Assembly: GCA_025611195.1 (NCBI GenBank)
Contig: GCA_025611195.1_4718.1
From: a phage
Length of the DNA: 64,000 nt
Strand: one strand, 5' to 3'
Shown here: one piece after another, positions 30,338 through 39,817 of the stretch
Layout of the letters: every line of letters starts with the position of its first letter
How positions within the stretch are numbered: position 1 is the stretch's first letter
Program-made: the position numbers and the translations under genes
Notes under the pieces: model-generated
What the model was told of the DNA's origin: nothing
Seen by the model: only the letters and a program-made list of their open reading frames with translations
Databases searched by the model: none

Positions 30338-30373
30338 CCCACCCTACTACCCCGTTAAGGGTGGTAGGGTGGG
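30338..30373. terminator. palindromic hairpin at convergent junction
   Basis: 15-bp stem CCCACCCTACTACCC/GGGTGGTAGGGTGGG (one G-U position), loop CGTTAA. Confidence 0.5.
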
Positions 30374-30380
30374 GTAAGGT

Positions 30381-30812
30381 TTATTTGCCGTATAGCTGTA
30401 CCACTCGTTGTGTCGTAGGAACGCAGACTCTTACCAGAAGCTTTTTAATCTCCTGACGAATCGTTGCCTTATCATCATAATAAAGCCATGGCGGAACGCG
30501 CTGCATTATGCACTGCACGGCTTCATCGTAGTTTGTCGTCCCATTAAGTAACGTCTCACTATCCAGATCTTTCCATGCAGTAATACCGAGCCGCGCAGCA
30601 AACATCAACGCTGAAACCGACTCAGCTATCTCCAATCGCTCATTCATATCCGCAAGACCTTTTAGCATGACGTAATTATCATCATGTTGGTGCAGGGTAC
30701 CAAACAAACTTCCGAAGAGAAGTATACGTTTAGCTTTTGCGGTTAAGAGGAACGACAGGAGAGCGTGTTTCAACGGTTGTTTCTCACGTTCTACCTGTTC
30801 GACCATCACCAT
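30381..30812 (-). CDS. hypothetical protein (143 aa)
   Basis: In-frame with upstream ORF, separated by TAA plus one codon. Confidence 0.5.
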   Translation of the reverse strand: MVMVEQVEREKQPLKHALLSFLLTAKAKRILLFGSLFGTLHQHDDNYVMLKGLADMNERLEIAESVSALMFAARLGITAWKDLDSETLLNGTTNYDEAVQCIMQRVPPWLYYDDKATIRQEIKKLLVRVCVPTTQRVVQLYGK

Positions 30813-30815
30813 TGA

Positions 30816-32354
30816 TTACTCCAACACATAACGTGGGTTACTGTATATGTTAGCCCATATACCAACGTCGTCCCCCGACTCAATAATCACGGCAAAACGA
30901 AACGCAACATCAGACTCGCGATATGTTACCGCGTACGCTTTCGTTTCCGGTGATGCTAAATAGCTCAAGTTCAGACGTTGAGGCAGGTCTAACCCCAAGG
31001 ACATGGTACAGGACGTAACACCCTGCTTATCGGGGGTCAGTCTGTAATTCACATCCACCTTCAGGCTTTTCGTAACCTGCGTAATCGCACTATGCACTTT
31101 GGTAACCGTTTTGCCTTTCTTATCCTTTTCTGTTTCGAAAAGAACGTCGGTAATTTCGGTTACGACCAGACGCGGTGTGGATTCGCGGTTAGCGTCAAGC
31201 CATTCATCCAGTAACGTCTTTAAGAAGTTCAAGGAATCAATCGCACGCCAAGCAAGGTTAGGCGGATTGCATGCTTCCATTAAAATGGCTGTGTTCGATC
31301 CACCTAGCGGAAGATGCACGCTCTTACCGAGGCCTGTTGGACGCATCGTAAGATCGCACTCACCCTCAAGAATATCGCGATGATATTGACGATGATGAAG
31401 GTTATCCGTGTATGCAATATACACTGACTCCGTTGTCCCATGCTCTAATACCCGAGATGCATGCGTACGCATAATCTCAATAGCATCATCCGGCTTGCTT
31501 AAATAGATAACACTATACGCGCTATCGCTAATCCTTTTCCCTAACTCAAGACGTCCCTTGTTGTCTTTATCGGTGTTACCACCGAAATAGATATAGCGGC
31601 CATCTTTCGCACGCTCTTGCTGCTGGTTGGTGGTAAAGTAGCAGCGCGAGAACGTAAAGAACGGGCTTATTTCCGGTTCGGGGCTCCAATACCCCTTGGC
31701 CGGAAGTTCGCGACGTATTTGGGTTCTTACAGCCCAGTCCTGGTTTTGTGATAGATATGTTCCACGCGTTGCCAACATATCCGCACGTTCGTTGCCAACA
31801 TTGCCCTCATGTCCAGGAACGTAGCGCAGCGAAATATCGATAGCGTCGCGCTTCGCATCCCTTATCGCACTATCGAGTTTCCGCCACCGTTCCGCATTCA
31901 TTAACGGTTTATTGTCGGATTTAACCCAGTTGTTCTCTCGCCAGTTAGCAAGATGGTTGGTGGCACCCACAACAACATATTGGCTGTCCGACAACAGCTG
32001 GATCCGTTTTGCCCCCTTTGCTTTTCCAAGTTCAATCGCACGTATTGCAGCATCCAACTCAGCCTGATTGTTCGTTACATTGAAACCCAAAGCCTCTAAC
32101 TCATCCACGTATTCCTTGGGTTCGACAAGCACAGCGTCTTTAGGAAAGTTGAGTTTAGGGTCAACATAACCGTATTGTGTTGGTTTGGGCTTTCCACTTT
32201 TTGAAGGTTCCAAGGTGCCTTTTATTTCTTTCACCATATCGTAGGTGTAGCCATGCACGCCATAGCCACCATACCCACTCGATGTTGGACGGGATCCTCC
32301 ATCACAGTAGAAAACGGCACCAAGCTCAGTATTTCCTGCCATTGTAAACCTCAT
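30816..32354 (-). CDS. rnh: RNase HI-domain protein with about 320-aa C-terminal extension
   Basis: N-terminal motifs CDGGSR...GYGGYG, NQAELDAAIRA, LLSDSQYVV and GHEGNVGNERADMLA match RNase H catalytic signatures. Confidence 0.65.
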   Translation of the reverse strand: MRFTMAGNTELGAVFYCDGGSRPTSSGYGGYGVHGYTYDMVKEIKGTLEPSKSGKPKPTQYGYVDPKLNFPKDAVLVEPKEYVDELEALGFNVTNNQAELDAAIRAIELGKAKGAKRIQLLSDSQYVVVGATNHLANWRENNWVKSDNKPLMNAERWRKLDSAIRDAKRDAIDISLRYVPGHEGNVGNERADMLATRGTYLSQNQDWAVRTQIRRELPAKGYWSPEPEISPFFTFSRCYFTTNQQQERAKDGRYIYFGGNTDKDNKGRLELGKRISDSAYSVIYLSKPDDAIEIMRTHASRVLEHGTTESVYIAYTDNLHHRQYHRDILEGECDLTMRPTGLGKSVHLPLGGSNTAILMEACNPPNLAWRAIDSLNFLKTLLDEWLDANRESTPRLVVTEITDVLFETEKDKKGKTVTKVHSAITQVTKSLKVDVNYRLTPDKQGVTSCTMSLGLDLPQRLNLSYLASPETKAYAVTYRESDVAFRFAVIIESGDDVGIWANIYSNPRYVLE

Positions 32355-32392
32355 TAATCATTGTCCGTATGATAGCCCAAAGTTGTACGGTA

Positions 32393-32944
32393 TTACCGAT
32401 TACCGTCAGTTGACGTTGGTTGATTGCGATCGATTTTCATTGACCGTAATTTTCCACCATTAGTTACACACTGATTGCGCTGTTCGACGGAGGTCAGACT
32501 GTTACAGACATAATAAGTATCGATAAAACGCTCAACGCGTTCTTGAAACTTCCTCCCGGCAACTTGCTCTTTTTCAAAAGTTCGTAACGCACGATCGACC
32601 TCACCTTGGAGAATCCGGTTCTGTTCAACCATACTGTCGATTAAACGGCCTCGCACTTCGTTCGATGTATAGAGTTGATGAATCAGTTCTCGGTTGGTGT
32701 CTCGCGCATAGCGCAATGTTGTATTTTCCTGACGTAAACTATTCGCCTCAGCCATCAAGGTAAAGATTTTTTCGCCAGCAAATAACGTCACGATACCCAA
32801 CACGATGAAAAAACCCGTAATCAAGAATATCGAGGACTGTCGAGCTCCATCTCGACGATAGCGTGTGGGTGGTCGCTTACTTCGCCGAAACAACTCGCGA
32901 AGAAAAGGGAAAAGCCAGGGCAACGCCTTGAGTGTAGTAAACAT
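32393..32944 (-). CDS. membrane/coiled-coil protein (about 184 aa)
   Basis: Start placed at ATG 32944 (MFTTLKALPW); hydrophobic segment IFLITGFFIVLGIVTLFAG then Gln/Arg-rich helix. ORF-track start 33235 would overlap the divergent gene. Confidence 0.45.
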   Translation of the reverse strand: MFTTLKALPWLFPFLRELFRRSKRPPTRYRRDGARQSSIFLITGFFIVLGIVTLFAGEKIFTLMAEANSLRQENTTLRYARDTNRELIHQLYTSNEVRGRLIDSMVEQNRILQGEVDRALRTFEKEQVAGRKFQERVERFIDTYYVCNSLTSVEQRNQCVTNGGKLRSMKIDRNQPTSTDGNR

Positions 32945-32998
32945 GCGTGTGTCCTTGATAGTATGAAATTTCCAATACAACTTAACCGAGGACGTCGA

Positions 32999-34339
32999 AT
33001 GATTAGTATTTTTGGTTTTTATACGTACAAAGGGTACGCTAATAACCACCCAAAAACCACGGCGAAATTCGGTGAGTTCAGCCAGCATAGTGCTACGTTC
33101 AGTCGCGAGATCGGCATCTATACCAACACGGCGTACGCACGTACGACCCTGCTGGTATTGAATGCAGAAAACGAAGCTGGTGAAGCACAAACGCTGGATG
33201 ACAACACCGCAAATCAGATTCTTCAGGTTGGTCAATGGTTGCTGGAAAAAGCCTCATCGGGCGAAATCCAGGATGACAGAGACCAGGTTATCAGCTACCT
33301 AAAAGACGACTTCACAACGTATTTGGATTCTATCGACATCCCGACACCCACCACCGATGGGAAAGTCTATCTACCGGCGTGGATCAGTTTCAAGATAACC
33401 GCCACAGGTGATGTTGTCAAGATATGGCTGTCTGATAGCGTATTCCAAAGTCAATATCCAAAATACGAATATGAAGTCGTTCCTCCTGTTCCTAAGGATC
33501 AGTTAGACACCTTCTTCGAAGATCTGGCAACGTTGAAGAAACTGGTTGACAGTCGAAGTAGCGAGAAACTGACCGAAGAAATCAACGAGGTGCGCGACCA
33601 ATTCCCAGACACACAATTGTGGACGAAAACCTATAAAGCGTACGATTACACCGACGATTCGAAATACATCGATACCGATTGGACGGTGATTATCTACGGT
33701 GCAGCAGGTAACAATATTGATAATATCAAGGAGTTCCTGCAAAACTGGATTCTTAGCAATAGTACGCACGGACGCCCAGACTGGGAAATCGTTCTGCCAG
33801 ATCTTTTTATTCCGACAGAACACATCTTCATCCCGATCTGGAACCGTCACAGCGCTCCGGAGATGACCAATCAGGCACGTATCTATAGTCCCATCTTCGA
33901 TGATTCGTTGATGGATACCTACCTGAAAAACTTTGCTGATGGTTACGGTGAAACCGCCGAAGTCCGTAAATCGCTTCAAGCGGTGCCGACGCTATGGCGT
34001 TCGATCGGTTTCTTAAGTGTTGGTAACTCACGTAACCGTGATGGTAAACTTAAGTTCTACGATCGTTGGCCGCAATACGCGCTCATCAGCACAACCAGTA
34101 TTGATATTAACCGCATCGACGACGCGACACGTGAATTCATCACGTTCACTTACGAAATGCTGAAACTGGCGGAATCGCTTACTGAAGACGACCCGGTACC
34201 GTTGGGTTATAGTCGTGTTACGCGTGGTAGCAATAACTTCTTAGCGAAAAGCCACAACGATGTTCAGTATCTCTTCTTAACAAAAGAAGCGTTCCTGAAG
34301 AAAATGCCGGATGAAGCCGACACACCTGTTGGAGGTTGA
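32999..34339 (+). CDS. hypothetical protein (about 447 aa)
   Basis: Start placed at ATG 32999 preceded by GAGGACG; ORF-track start 32963 is in frame. Confidence 0.55.
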   Translation: MISIFGFYTYKGYANNHPKTTAKFGEFSQHSATFSREIGIYTNTAYARTTLLVLNAENEAGEAQTLDDNTANQILQVGQWLLEKASSGEIQDDRDQVISYLKDDFTTYLDSIDIPTPTTDGKVYLPAWISFKITATGDVVKIWLSDSVFQSQYPKYEYEVVPPVPKDQLDTFFEDLATLKKLVDSRSSEKLTEEINEVRDQFPDTQLWTKTYKAYDYTDDSKYIDTDWTVIIYGAAGNNIDNIKEFLQNWILSNSTHGRPDWEIVLPDLFIPTEHIFIPIWNRHSAPEMTNQARIYSPIFDDSLMDTYLKNFADGYGETAEVRKSLQAVPTLWRSIGFLSVGNSRNRDGKLKFYDRWPQYALISTTSIDINRIDDATREFITFTYEMLKLAESLTEDDPVPLGYSRVTRGSNNFLAKSHNDVQYLFLTKEAFLKKMPDEADTPVGG

Positions 34340-34968
34340 TTATGGCTGTAACACGCATGACGCCAAGTCCCGGTGCGGTCGGGGTATTCACAGTATCCGC
34401 GCCGTTCTCCGTTGGTGCGTCAACGCTTTATACCGTTACAGCGTTGCGTAGATTCAGTGAAGTTATTGGTAGCGGAATCGATCTATTTAAGGAACTGTAC
34501 GAACCGTTATCGATAGACAAACCCACATTCGATGCGCATCTCGAAGCGAATGCTTATCTCGTTACGTTGCAACCGGATTACGGTGCGCCCGTACTGGTAC
34601 CCGATACGTATATCACATCGTACCCAAAGAACGATTCATTGCGGTATCGTCGCATTATTCTGGGTATCGATTTCGGGCCTCTTCCTCCAGGTCTTGACCT
34701 TTCGTATTTAACAACAATATTGAAAGGTAAGGCCAGTGATATTCTTGGTGTCGAACCTGAAGTTAAAATAATGGAAATCACTCTCGATGATACCGTTACA
34801 CAGGAACAACATCAGATAAACGAAGCCCGTCGTCAGGCTGCGATAAAAGAGCGAGATACCATTTACGCACGCTGTGAAACGCAAGAGAAGCAGATAACAG
34901 CTTTACTTGCAACCCAAAAGCAACTTATCAAATTGCTTCAGGACGCCGGAATCAATCCGACACCTTAA
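34336..34968 (+). CDS. hypothetical protein (210 aa)
   Basis: 4-nt overlap with upstream gene; followed by tandem hairpins. Confidence 0.5.
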   Translation: MIMAVTRMTPSPGAVGVFTVSAPFSVGASTLYTVTALRRFSEVIGSGIDLFKELYEPLSIDKPTFDAHLEANAYLVTLQPDYGAPVLVPDTYITSYPKNDSLRYRRIILGIDFGPLPPGLDLSYLTTILKGKASDILGVEPEVKIMEITLDDTVTQEQHQINEARRQAAIKERDTIYARCETQEKQITALLATQKQLIKLLQDAGINPTP

Positions 34969-34974
34969 CATATT

Positions 34975-35006
34975 CCCTCCTCCTTCCCTTACGGGTTGGA
35001 GGAGGG
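34975..35006. terminator. family-A palindromic hairpin
   Basis: Stem CCCTCCTCC/GGAGGAGGG, loop TTCCCTTACGGGTT identical to 22122..22135. Confidence 0.5.
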
Positions 35007-35035
35007 TTATGCCGTCAAGCAAAAAAAAAATGATA

Positions 35036-35068
35036 GTCACGGACCCTCCAATGAAGGAGGGTCGTGAC
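35036..35068 (-). terminator. intrinsic terminator (hairpin plus T10)
   Basis: GTCACGGACCCTCC/GGAGGGTCGTGAC stem; A10 at 35021..35030 gives a U10 tract on the minus-strand transcript. Confidence 0.6.
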
Positions 35069-35076
35069 CGTCAGTT

Positions 35077-35781
35077 TTAGGATGTAGATAATCTCGCGTA
35101 CTTCTGGCGAACATGGTTCTTACGGCGAACTTCGTCATCCTCGTCACGCCATTCGAGGTAAGCAACGAATCGACGTAACTGTGCTGCTGTCATCGTTGAC
35201 GATCGGTCTTCTACATCTAGAACGACGTAACGAACGCCACCAACATCATCGCATTCAACGTAATTGAATACCATAAGACCATCACCGTATTCAACGACGG
35301 TAACTTCGAACCGTTTCTCGAACAAATAAAACAGTTCTGATTCGATGATCATCGGAATGACGCTTATATCAGCACGATCGAGGATTTCCATCATCGCCCG
35401 TAACGCGCGAGGAGTATGGCGAGCGAACTGACCGTTAAAACGTTCTCTCATCGCTTGTTCCACGCCATCTGTTTTTGTTCCAAACCAAGGACGTATTACA
35501 GATTTCGGTGGTGTAAGACGAAAGCGATATGCTTGTATAAACAACAGAATATCAGCGGCGTTAGGAAATTCTTCCTGGTCTTCGTATATCTTGCGGATAA
35601 TATCCGGAATCGTAACCATCAAGTATTTCTTATCGCCTCCCACTTTCTCGAGATTAGCAATATGCCCTTCTACTACCGGCTGGTAAACGAAATTATACCA
35701 ATGACGGTATCTTGCGGCACGCTGGTAGTTCGGGATAAAATTAAGAACAACATTCACTGCACGTTTTAACGGGTTCATCAA
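35077..35781 (-). CDS. hypothetical protein (234 aa)
   Basis: ORF followed on minus strand by hairpin plus T10 tract. Confidence 0.55.
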   Translation of the reverse strand: MMNPLKRAVNVVLNFIPNYQRAARYRHWYNFVYQPVVEGHIANLEKVGGDKKYLMVTIPDIIRKIYEDQEEFPNAADILLFIQAYRFRLTPPKSVIRPWFGTKTDGVEQAMRERFNGQFARHTPRALRAMMEILDRADISVIPMIIESELFYLFEKRFEVTVVEYGDGLMVFNYVECDDVGGVRYVVLDVEDRSSTMTAAQLRRFVAYLEWRDEDDEVRRKNHVRQKYARLSTS

Positions 35782-35792
35782 AAGGATCCTTC

Positions 35793-36227
35793 TTATGTTC
35801 TAATATGCACATCGTCAATCCCCTCGGTAATCCAGCCGATGGGAAGGACAATCGTTGTTATCGTGTTATGGGTGTAGGGATTAAGAAAATGGAAATAGTA
35901 ATTTTTGTTAGACTGTTCGATGCGCAGCTCGAGCTGCGCATCTTCAGGTAACCGCAACCAAGCACCGTACAGTTCATTAAACTTACGCTGAATTTTACCG
36001 GGGTTCATTGGAACCCTACGACCACGGTGGCGTAGCTGGCGTAATGATTCAATCAAACACTCAGAGATACCCATCACCGTTCCGTTATCGCTTGTATCAA
36101 TAACGATGAACTCATGTGACCCACGGCCATGATAGAATCCAGCAACAAGCGCAACGGCGACAACGACAACCGTACCGATACCTACGTACCAATAGTAAAC
36201 GTCCATAACAGCCTCACTTATGCCCAA
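35793..36227 (-). CDS. membrane protein (N-terminal TM helix)
   Basis: N-terminal hydrophobic stretch YWYVGIGTVVVVAVALVAGFY. Confidence 0.45.
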   Translation of the reverse strand: MGISEAVMDVYYWYVGIGTVVVVAVALVAGFYHGRGSHEFIVIDTSDNGTVMGISECLIESLRQLRHRGRRVPMNPGKIQRKFNELYGAWLRLPEDAQLELRIEQSNKNYYFHFLNPYTHNTITTIVLPIGWITEGIDDVHIRT

Positions 36228-36745
36228 TAGTCGGCGAGCGGTTTCACCTTATTAATGGGTAACTGTACTTTACCGATGTTCTCTACATCCGCATCAGCGT
36301 AGAGAACGATTTTATCGTCGTCTCTTTCCCAACGAATAATAAATCGACCAGGAAGAAGATTACCCTGTTCAAGAGATGCTGTAACCTGTTGTGTTAAAAC
36401 AGACAACCAAGCAGGCATCAGTGTTGCAATATCTAAGTCATTTGACCACTCAGCACGTTGCTCCACTGGACGCAACATACGTTGGACGGTGCGTTGAACT
36501 GTTGCGGTGATATAGCCTTTATCTTCGTCACTGATTGGATCCGGACGAGACACGAAACGTTCAGCAGGCTTACGGGAAATATACTCATGTAGTTTGATGA
36601 GTGGTGTTGTCATAGTACTCGCTCCATCAGAATGTAATTGGGTAACCCGCAGGGTTGTCTGCATGTTATTCAGAAGCGCAAAAGCGCCATAAACAACAAC
36701 GATACCAAGTACAGCCAAAACAGAAATCATTAACGTGTATTGCAT
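36218..36745 (-). CDS. membrane protein (N-terminal TM helix)
   Basis: Start placed at ATG 36745 (MQYTLMISVLAVLGIVVVYGAF) after GAGGGG RBS. Confidence 0.5.
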   Translation of the reverse strand: MQYTLMISVLAVLGIVVVYGAFALLNNMQTTLRVTQLHSDGASTMTTPLIKLHEYISRKPAERFVSRPDPISDEDKGYITATVQRTVQRMLRPVEQRAEWSNDLDIATLMPAWLSVLTQQVTASLEQGNLLPGRFIIRWERDDDKIVLYADADVENIGKVQLPINKVKPLADYWA

Positions 36746-36780
36746 TGTCATCTTCCCCTCATACGCATCTTGAAGATTAG

Positions 36781-36840
36781 TTAAAAACAACAAAAGAAAA
36801 AACGATATAAAGCAAGGTCCTCTGATATCAGAGGACCTTG
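36781..36840 (-). terminator. intrinsic terminator
   Basis: 28-bp perfect palindrome CAAGGTCCTCTGATATCAGAGGACCTTG (36813..36840) followed on minus strand by a long T-rich tract. Confidence 0.65.
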
Positions 36841-36846
36841 GATCAA

Positions 36847-37503
36847 TTAGCTTGCAGCATCTTCATTCGTATCAGGTTTGCTTCCCCCTAACAAACCGTC
36901 AAACAGACCCGTATGTTTCAGGTAGAAGAGAGCGATAGCGCCCATCGCTGCTGCGCTCGTCGCCGTTAACGCAACCCCAGCACGATACTGCCATTTACGG
37001 TCAGGCTTTTGATCAAGCGCCATACGACGCATGTATTCAGCCTCTGCTTCATTCCGATGAATTTCGGATTCTGCCAGACGGGCTAAGGTATCGCGGTCCA
37101 GGTTATCATAACGTACGTTCATGGTGGTTTCCTCTTGTTTGGAAGTTGATTGCTTGGTGAATTCTTGATCAACAGTCGTTTCGGTTGGTTCAAACGGCTG
37201 GTTGTTCATTTTCTGATCTTGATTGGTCATGATAGACTCCTTCGATTTTTGAGACGAAATTGATTTAAACCATCGTGGATGGAGGTATTCGGTTTTACAT
37301 GTACAGTTAAGTTTCTCGTGCATGAAAGCGTAAAAACGTTTTGCGCCTACACGTAAGGCTTTCAGCATTATCCATCCACGAGCACTCAAACGGTGTAGCT
37401 GTTGTGGTATATCTAGTTTCCTAGCCAAGCGAAAGTATCTTTCAATCACTTCGATAGGAAACCATTGTTGTTCCACATCGGTGAGACTGAAAGTCTTATC
37501 CAT
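36847..37503 (-). CDS. hypothetical protein with C-terminal TM segment, predicted early gene
   Basis: Start placed at ATG 37503 (MDKTFSL); CTATATTACCT motif 30 nt upstream. C-terminal hydrophobic ALTATSAAAMGAIALFYL. Confidence 0.5.
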   Translation of the reverse strand: MDKTFSLTDVEQQWFPIEVIERYFRLARKLDIPQQLHRLSARGWIMLKALRVGAKRFYAFMHEKLNCTCKTEYLHPRWFKSISSQKSKESIMTNQDQKMNNQPFEPTETTVDQEFTKQSTSKQEETTMNVRYDNLDRDTLARLAESEIHRNEAEAEYMRRMALDQKPDRKWQYRAGVALTATSAAAMGAIALFYLKHTGLFDGLLGGSKPDTNEDAAS

Positions 37504-37532
37504 GATTGAAATCTCGCTGGCTTGCTTCACCT

Positions 37533-37543
37533 AGGTAATATAG
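37533..37543 (-). promoter_or_regulatory. early-promoter-like motif CTATATTACCT
   Basis: 30 nt upstream of ATG 37503. Confidence 0.45.
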
Positions 37544-37652
37544 CCGTGAAAAATGTTGGAGTACATCGAATTCCACCACCGCGGCTATTTTATGGGCTAA
37601 GAGCCTAAACCAATCATCTTCGAAATCATCATCTACGAAACAGGAACCTATC

Positions 37653-38474
37653 ATGGATAAAGTATTTGTTTGTAAGCTGTTTACTAATGGCAATAGCCAA
37701 CCGATGTATCTGACCGATCCTGTTCTGGGTAATCGAAACAGCACCGTATTTAAAGAAGCTATCGATTACGCCAAAAACAAAGCCGTGAGAACACTGACGT
37801 CCGATGACTGTATCAATGGTATCACGTGGGCAGAGTTATTCGGCGATGCTGTTAGACACTTCATTCGGGATGCAAGAAAACAGGAAATCAGCCTCACGAC
37901 TATTGTTGTGCGCGAAAACGCAGAAATTTTATCAAACGTTTTGGTTGATTTTAGTGACGTTTACGTGTTTAATCCAGAGAACACTTTTGAACAATACCTT
38001 GCTGCCCTGAACAAACAGCTCGGTAAAGATATTCATCCCGAATTCGCCAAGTTAACGTATCAAGTACTTTTTAACGACGTCGATCCAAATACGAAGATCA
38101 ATACCAGCTTGTCGCCCCTGGTAAAGAAATACGGATCGGTTCTTGCTACAGCAACACCCGCCATCGATGGCGGTTATGATATCGAATTAGATGGTCCATT
38201 AAAAGAACAAGAACCTACTGGGGTTCGGGCAATACACCATACCCTCGTCGTTAAATCCGATGGTTGTGATGAGCATTACGCTATGACAAACGATGAAAAT
38301 AATCACCGTTTAACTCAAGCGATCGGTGTTCTACGTTATACCGAACCAACCACCGTAGACGATTATACTTCGACAACAACGCACACCACGTGTTTCATTT
38401 TCATTTATCCAAATGAAAGTGTGTACATTACTGACTGCTACGGCAACACTGTAGATAGCTTACGTCGTTATTAA
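37653..38474 (+). CDS. hypothetical protein (273 aa)
   Basis: ORF followed by UUCG-tetraloop terminator. Confidence 0.55.
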   Translation: MDKVFVCKLFTNGNSQPMYLTDPVLGNRNSTVFKEAIDYAKNKAVRTLTSDDCINGITWAELFGDAVRHFIRDARKQEISLTTIVVRENAEILSNVLVDFSDVYVFNPENTFEQYLAALNKQLGKDIHPEFAKLTYQVLFNDVDPNTKINTSLSPLVKKYGSVLATATPAIDGGYDIELDGPLKEQEPTGVRAIHHTLVVKSDGCDEHYAMTNDENNHRLTQAIGVLRYTEPTTVDDYTSTTTHTTCFIFIYPNESVYITDCYGNTVDSLRRY

Positions 38475-38481
38475 TCATCGA

Positions 38482-38505
38482 GCCTGTCCTTCGGGGCAGG
38501 CTTTT
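38482..38505 (+). terminator. intrinsic terminator with UUCG tetraloop
   Basis: GCCTGTCC-TTCG-GGGCAGGC followed by TTTTAT, just after stop of 37653..38474. Confidence 0.65.
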
Positions 38506-38582
38506 ATGCTGCTAAATATCGGGAATAAGAATTAACAAAATAGGAAAATGGTGTGAATATAACACAAAGGAGGGAGATGATT

Positions 38583-38699
38583 ATGTTACTCATTCTAATG
38601 GAGAGGGCGTTGCTGGCGGGTATATGCGCATTCTCTGTTAAACACGCTGTTGCTATCATGACTGAAGAAAGGCGTAATACGCATAATGTATTACGCTGA
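38583..38699 (+). CDS. small hydrophobic peptide (about 38 aa)
   Basis: Below the ORF-track cutoff. AAGGAGGGAG RBS, MLLILMERALLAGICAFSVKHAVAIM..., stop 5 nt before next ATG. Confidence 0.35.
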   Translation: MLLILMERALLAGICAFSVKHAVAIMTEERRNTHNVLR

Positions 38700-38704
38700 A
38701 AACA

Positions 38705-39118
38705 ATGTCTGCATTAGTGTATGACGAGAAATCGTCGAGGCCCCCGTCTTCACGAGGGCCAACACCTATGCGCGACTATTTACCATCTACGAAACAAAGG
38801 GTTATAAACATGAGCAATTTGAATGTTGAATTTACTTCAACAACGCCTGTCATGAATGGCGTTGGTACTGAAACCAAGATCGTATTAGAACCCATTCCGG
38901 GGTTACGTGATCTCGGCGATTTTTACCAACTGATGCCACGTATACGGAAAGCCTTAAACAGCATCGATCTCGATTCTGATAAAGATTTCCAACACGATAC
39001 AGAAAATACCGATCATGTGCTGCTACCATCAGGAGTAGCAAAATTCACCTACACGCAAACATTGAAAGCCTCCGATGGTGAAATCCGTCGTTTTATTGTT
39101 GAAGTAGAAAGCGCATAA
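38705..39118 (+). CDS. hypothetical protein (137 aa)
   Basis: ORF; stop codon sits inside the flank of a family-A hairpin. Confidence 0.5.
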   Translation: MSALVYDEKSSRPPSSRGPTPMRDYLPSTKQRVINMSNLNVEFTSTTPVMNGVGTETKIVLEPIPGLRDLGDFYQLMPRIRKALNSIDLDSDKDFQHDTENTDHVLLPSGVAKFTYTQTLKASDGEIRRFIVEVESA

Positions 39119-39122
39119 AAAC

Positions 39123-39154
39123 CATCCTCCCAACCCGTCAGGGAAGGGAGGATG
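39123..39154. terminator. family-A palindromic hairpin (reverse orientation)
   Basis: Stem CATCCTCCC/GGGAGGATG, loop AACCCGTCAGGGAA. Confidence 0.5.
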
Positions 39155-39171
39155 AAATATGCCGTTATATG

Positions 39172-39801
39172 TTATTCAACAAATCCCGCGTTCAACAAAT
39201 TGTCGTAAACACGATTAGCGACATCAACAGGAGAATGTGTGTTACTGGTGTCTATACACAACGTTTTCGCGTCGCCGAGATAGTCCATAAAATCCATGTA
39301 ACGATAACGTCGTTTATTGAATGTCGCTTCATCGATGTTATCAAACATCTGATGTTTAGCGTGGCGAACACGGAACCGTCTTAAATACGTAGGATAGTCA
39401 ATATCCAGATAAACGTAGTAAGATGGCATGATAATCGACGGTAGGTTCGGCAACAACGCATCAAACAGCTTAACGTTAGCATCATTAACCTGATAAACGT
39501 ACGTCGAAGCAATCGAACGATCGCTAAGCACAGTCTTCCCTTCGTTAAGGGCTGGATGAATCACCTTATTGAAGAGATGATTCCGTTGCGACATCATCGC
39601 CAATAGTTCAGTTTCTGGATCGAATCTGTTCGTTGGCGTCTGATCTTCCAGGATAAGTTTACGAATCGCTTCTCCGTAGAGTGTACCGCCGGGTTCACGT
39701 ACAACACAGACATTGTTTAAACGACTGTGTAAAGACGAGATAACCGAACTCTTTCCTGAATAATCCAGACCTTCAATAACGATATATTTATTACGAGACA
39801 T
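39172..39801 (-). CDS. tmk: thymidylate kinase (dTMP kinase)
   Basis: KYIVIEGLDYSGKSS P-loop, REPGGT and DRSIASTYVYQ align with E. coli Tmk (KYIVIEGLEGAGKTT, REPGGT, DRHDLSTQAYQ). Start at ATG 39801 after GGAGCGGGGA. Confidence 0.85.
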   Translation of the reverse strand: MSRNKYIVIEGLDYSGKSSVISSLHSRLNNVCVVREPGGTLYGEAIRKLILEDQTPTNRFDPETELLAMMSQRNHLFNKVIHPALNEGKTVLSDRSIASTYVYQVNDANVKLFDALLPNLPSIIMPSYYVYLDIDYPTYLRRFRVRHAKHQMFDNIDEATFNKRRYRYMDFMDYLGDAKTLCIDTSNTHSPVDVANRVYDNLLNAGFVE

Positions 39802-39817
39802 TCCCCGCTCCAATTAA

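Noticed and set aside
32389-32398. Partial promoter-motif match GGTATTACCG
   Set aside because: Imperfect core (GTATTACC rather than TATATTACC), wrong orientation for neighbouring genes, and overlaps a stop codon.
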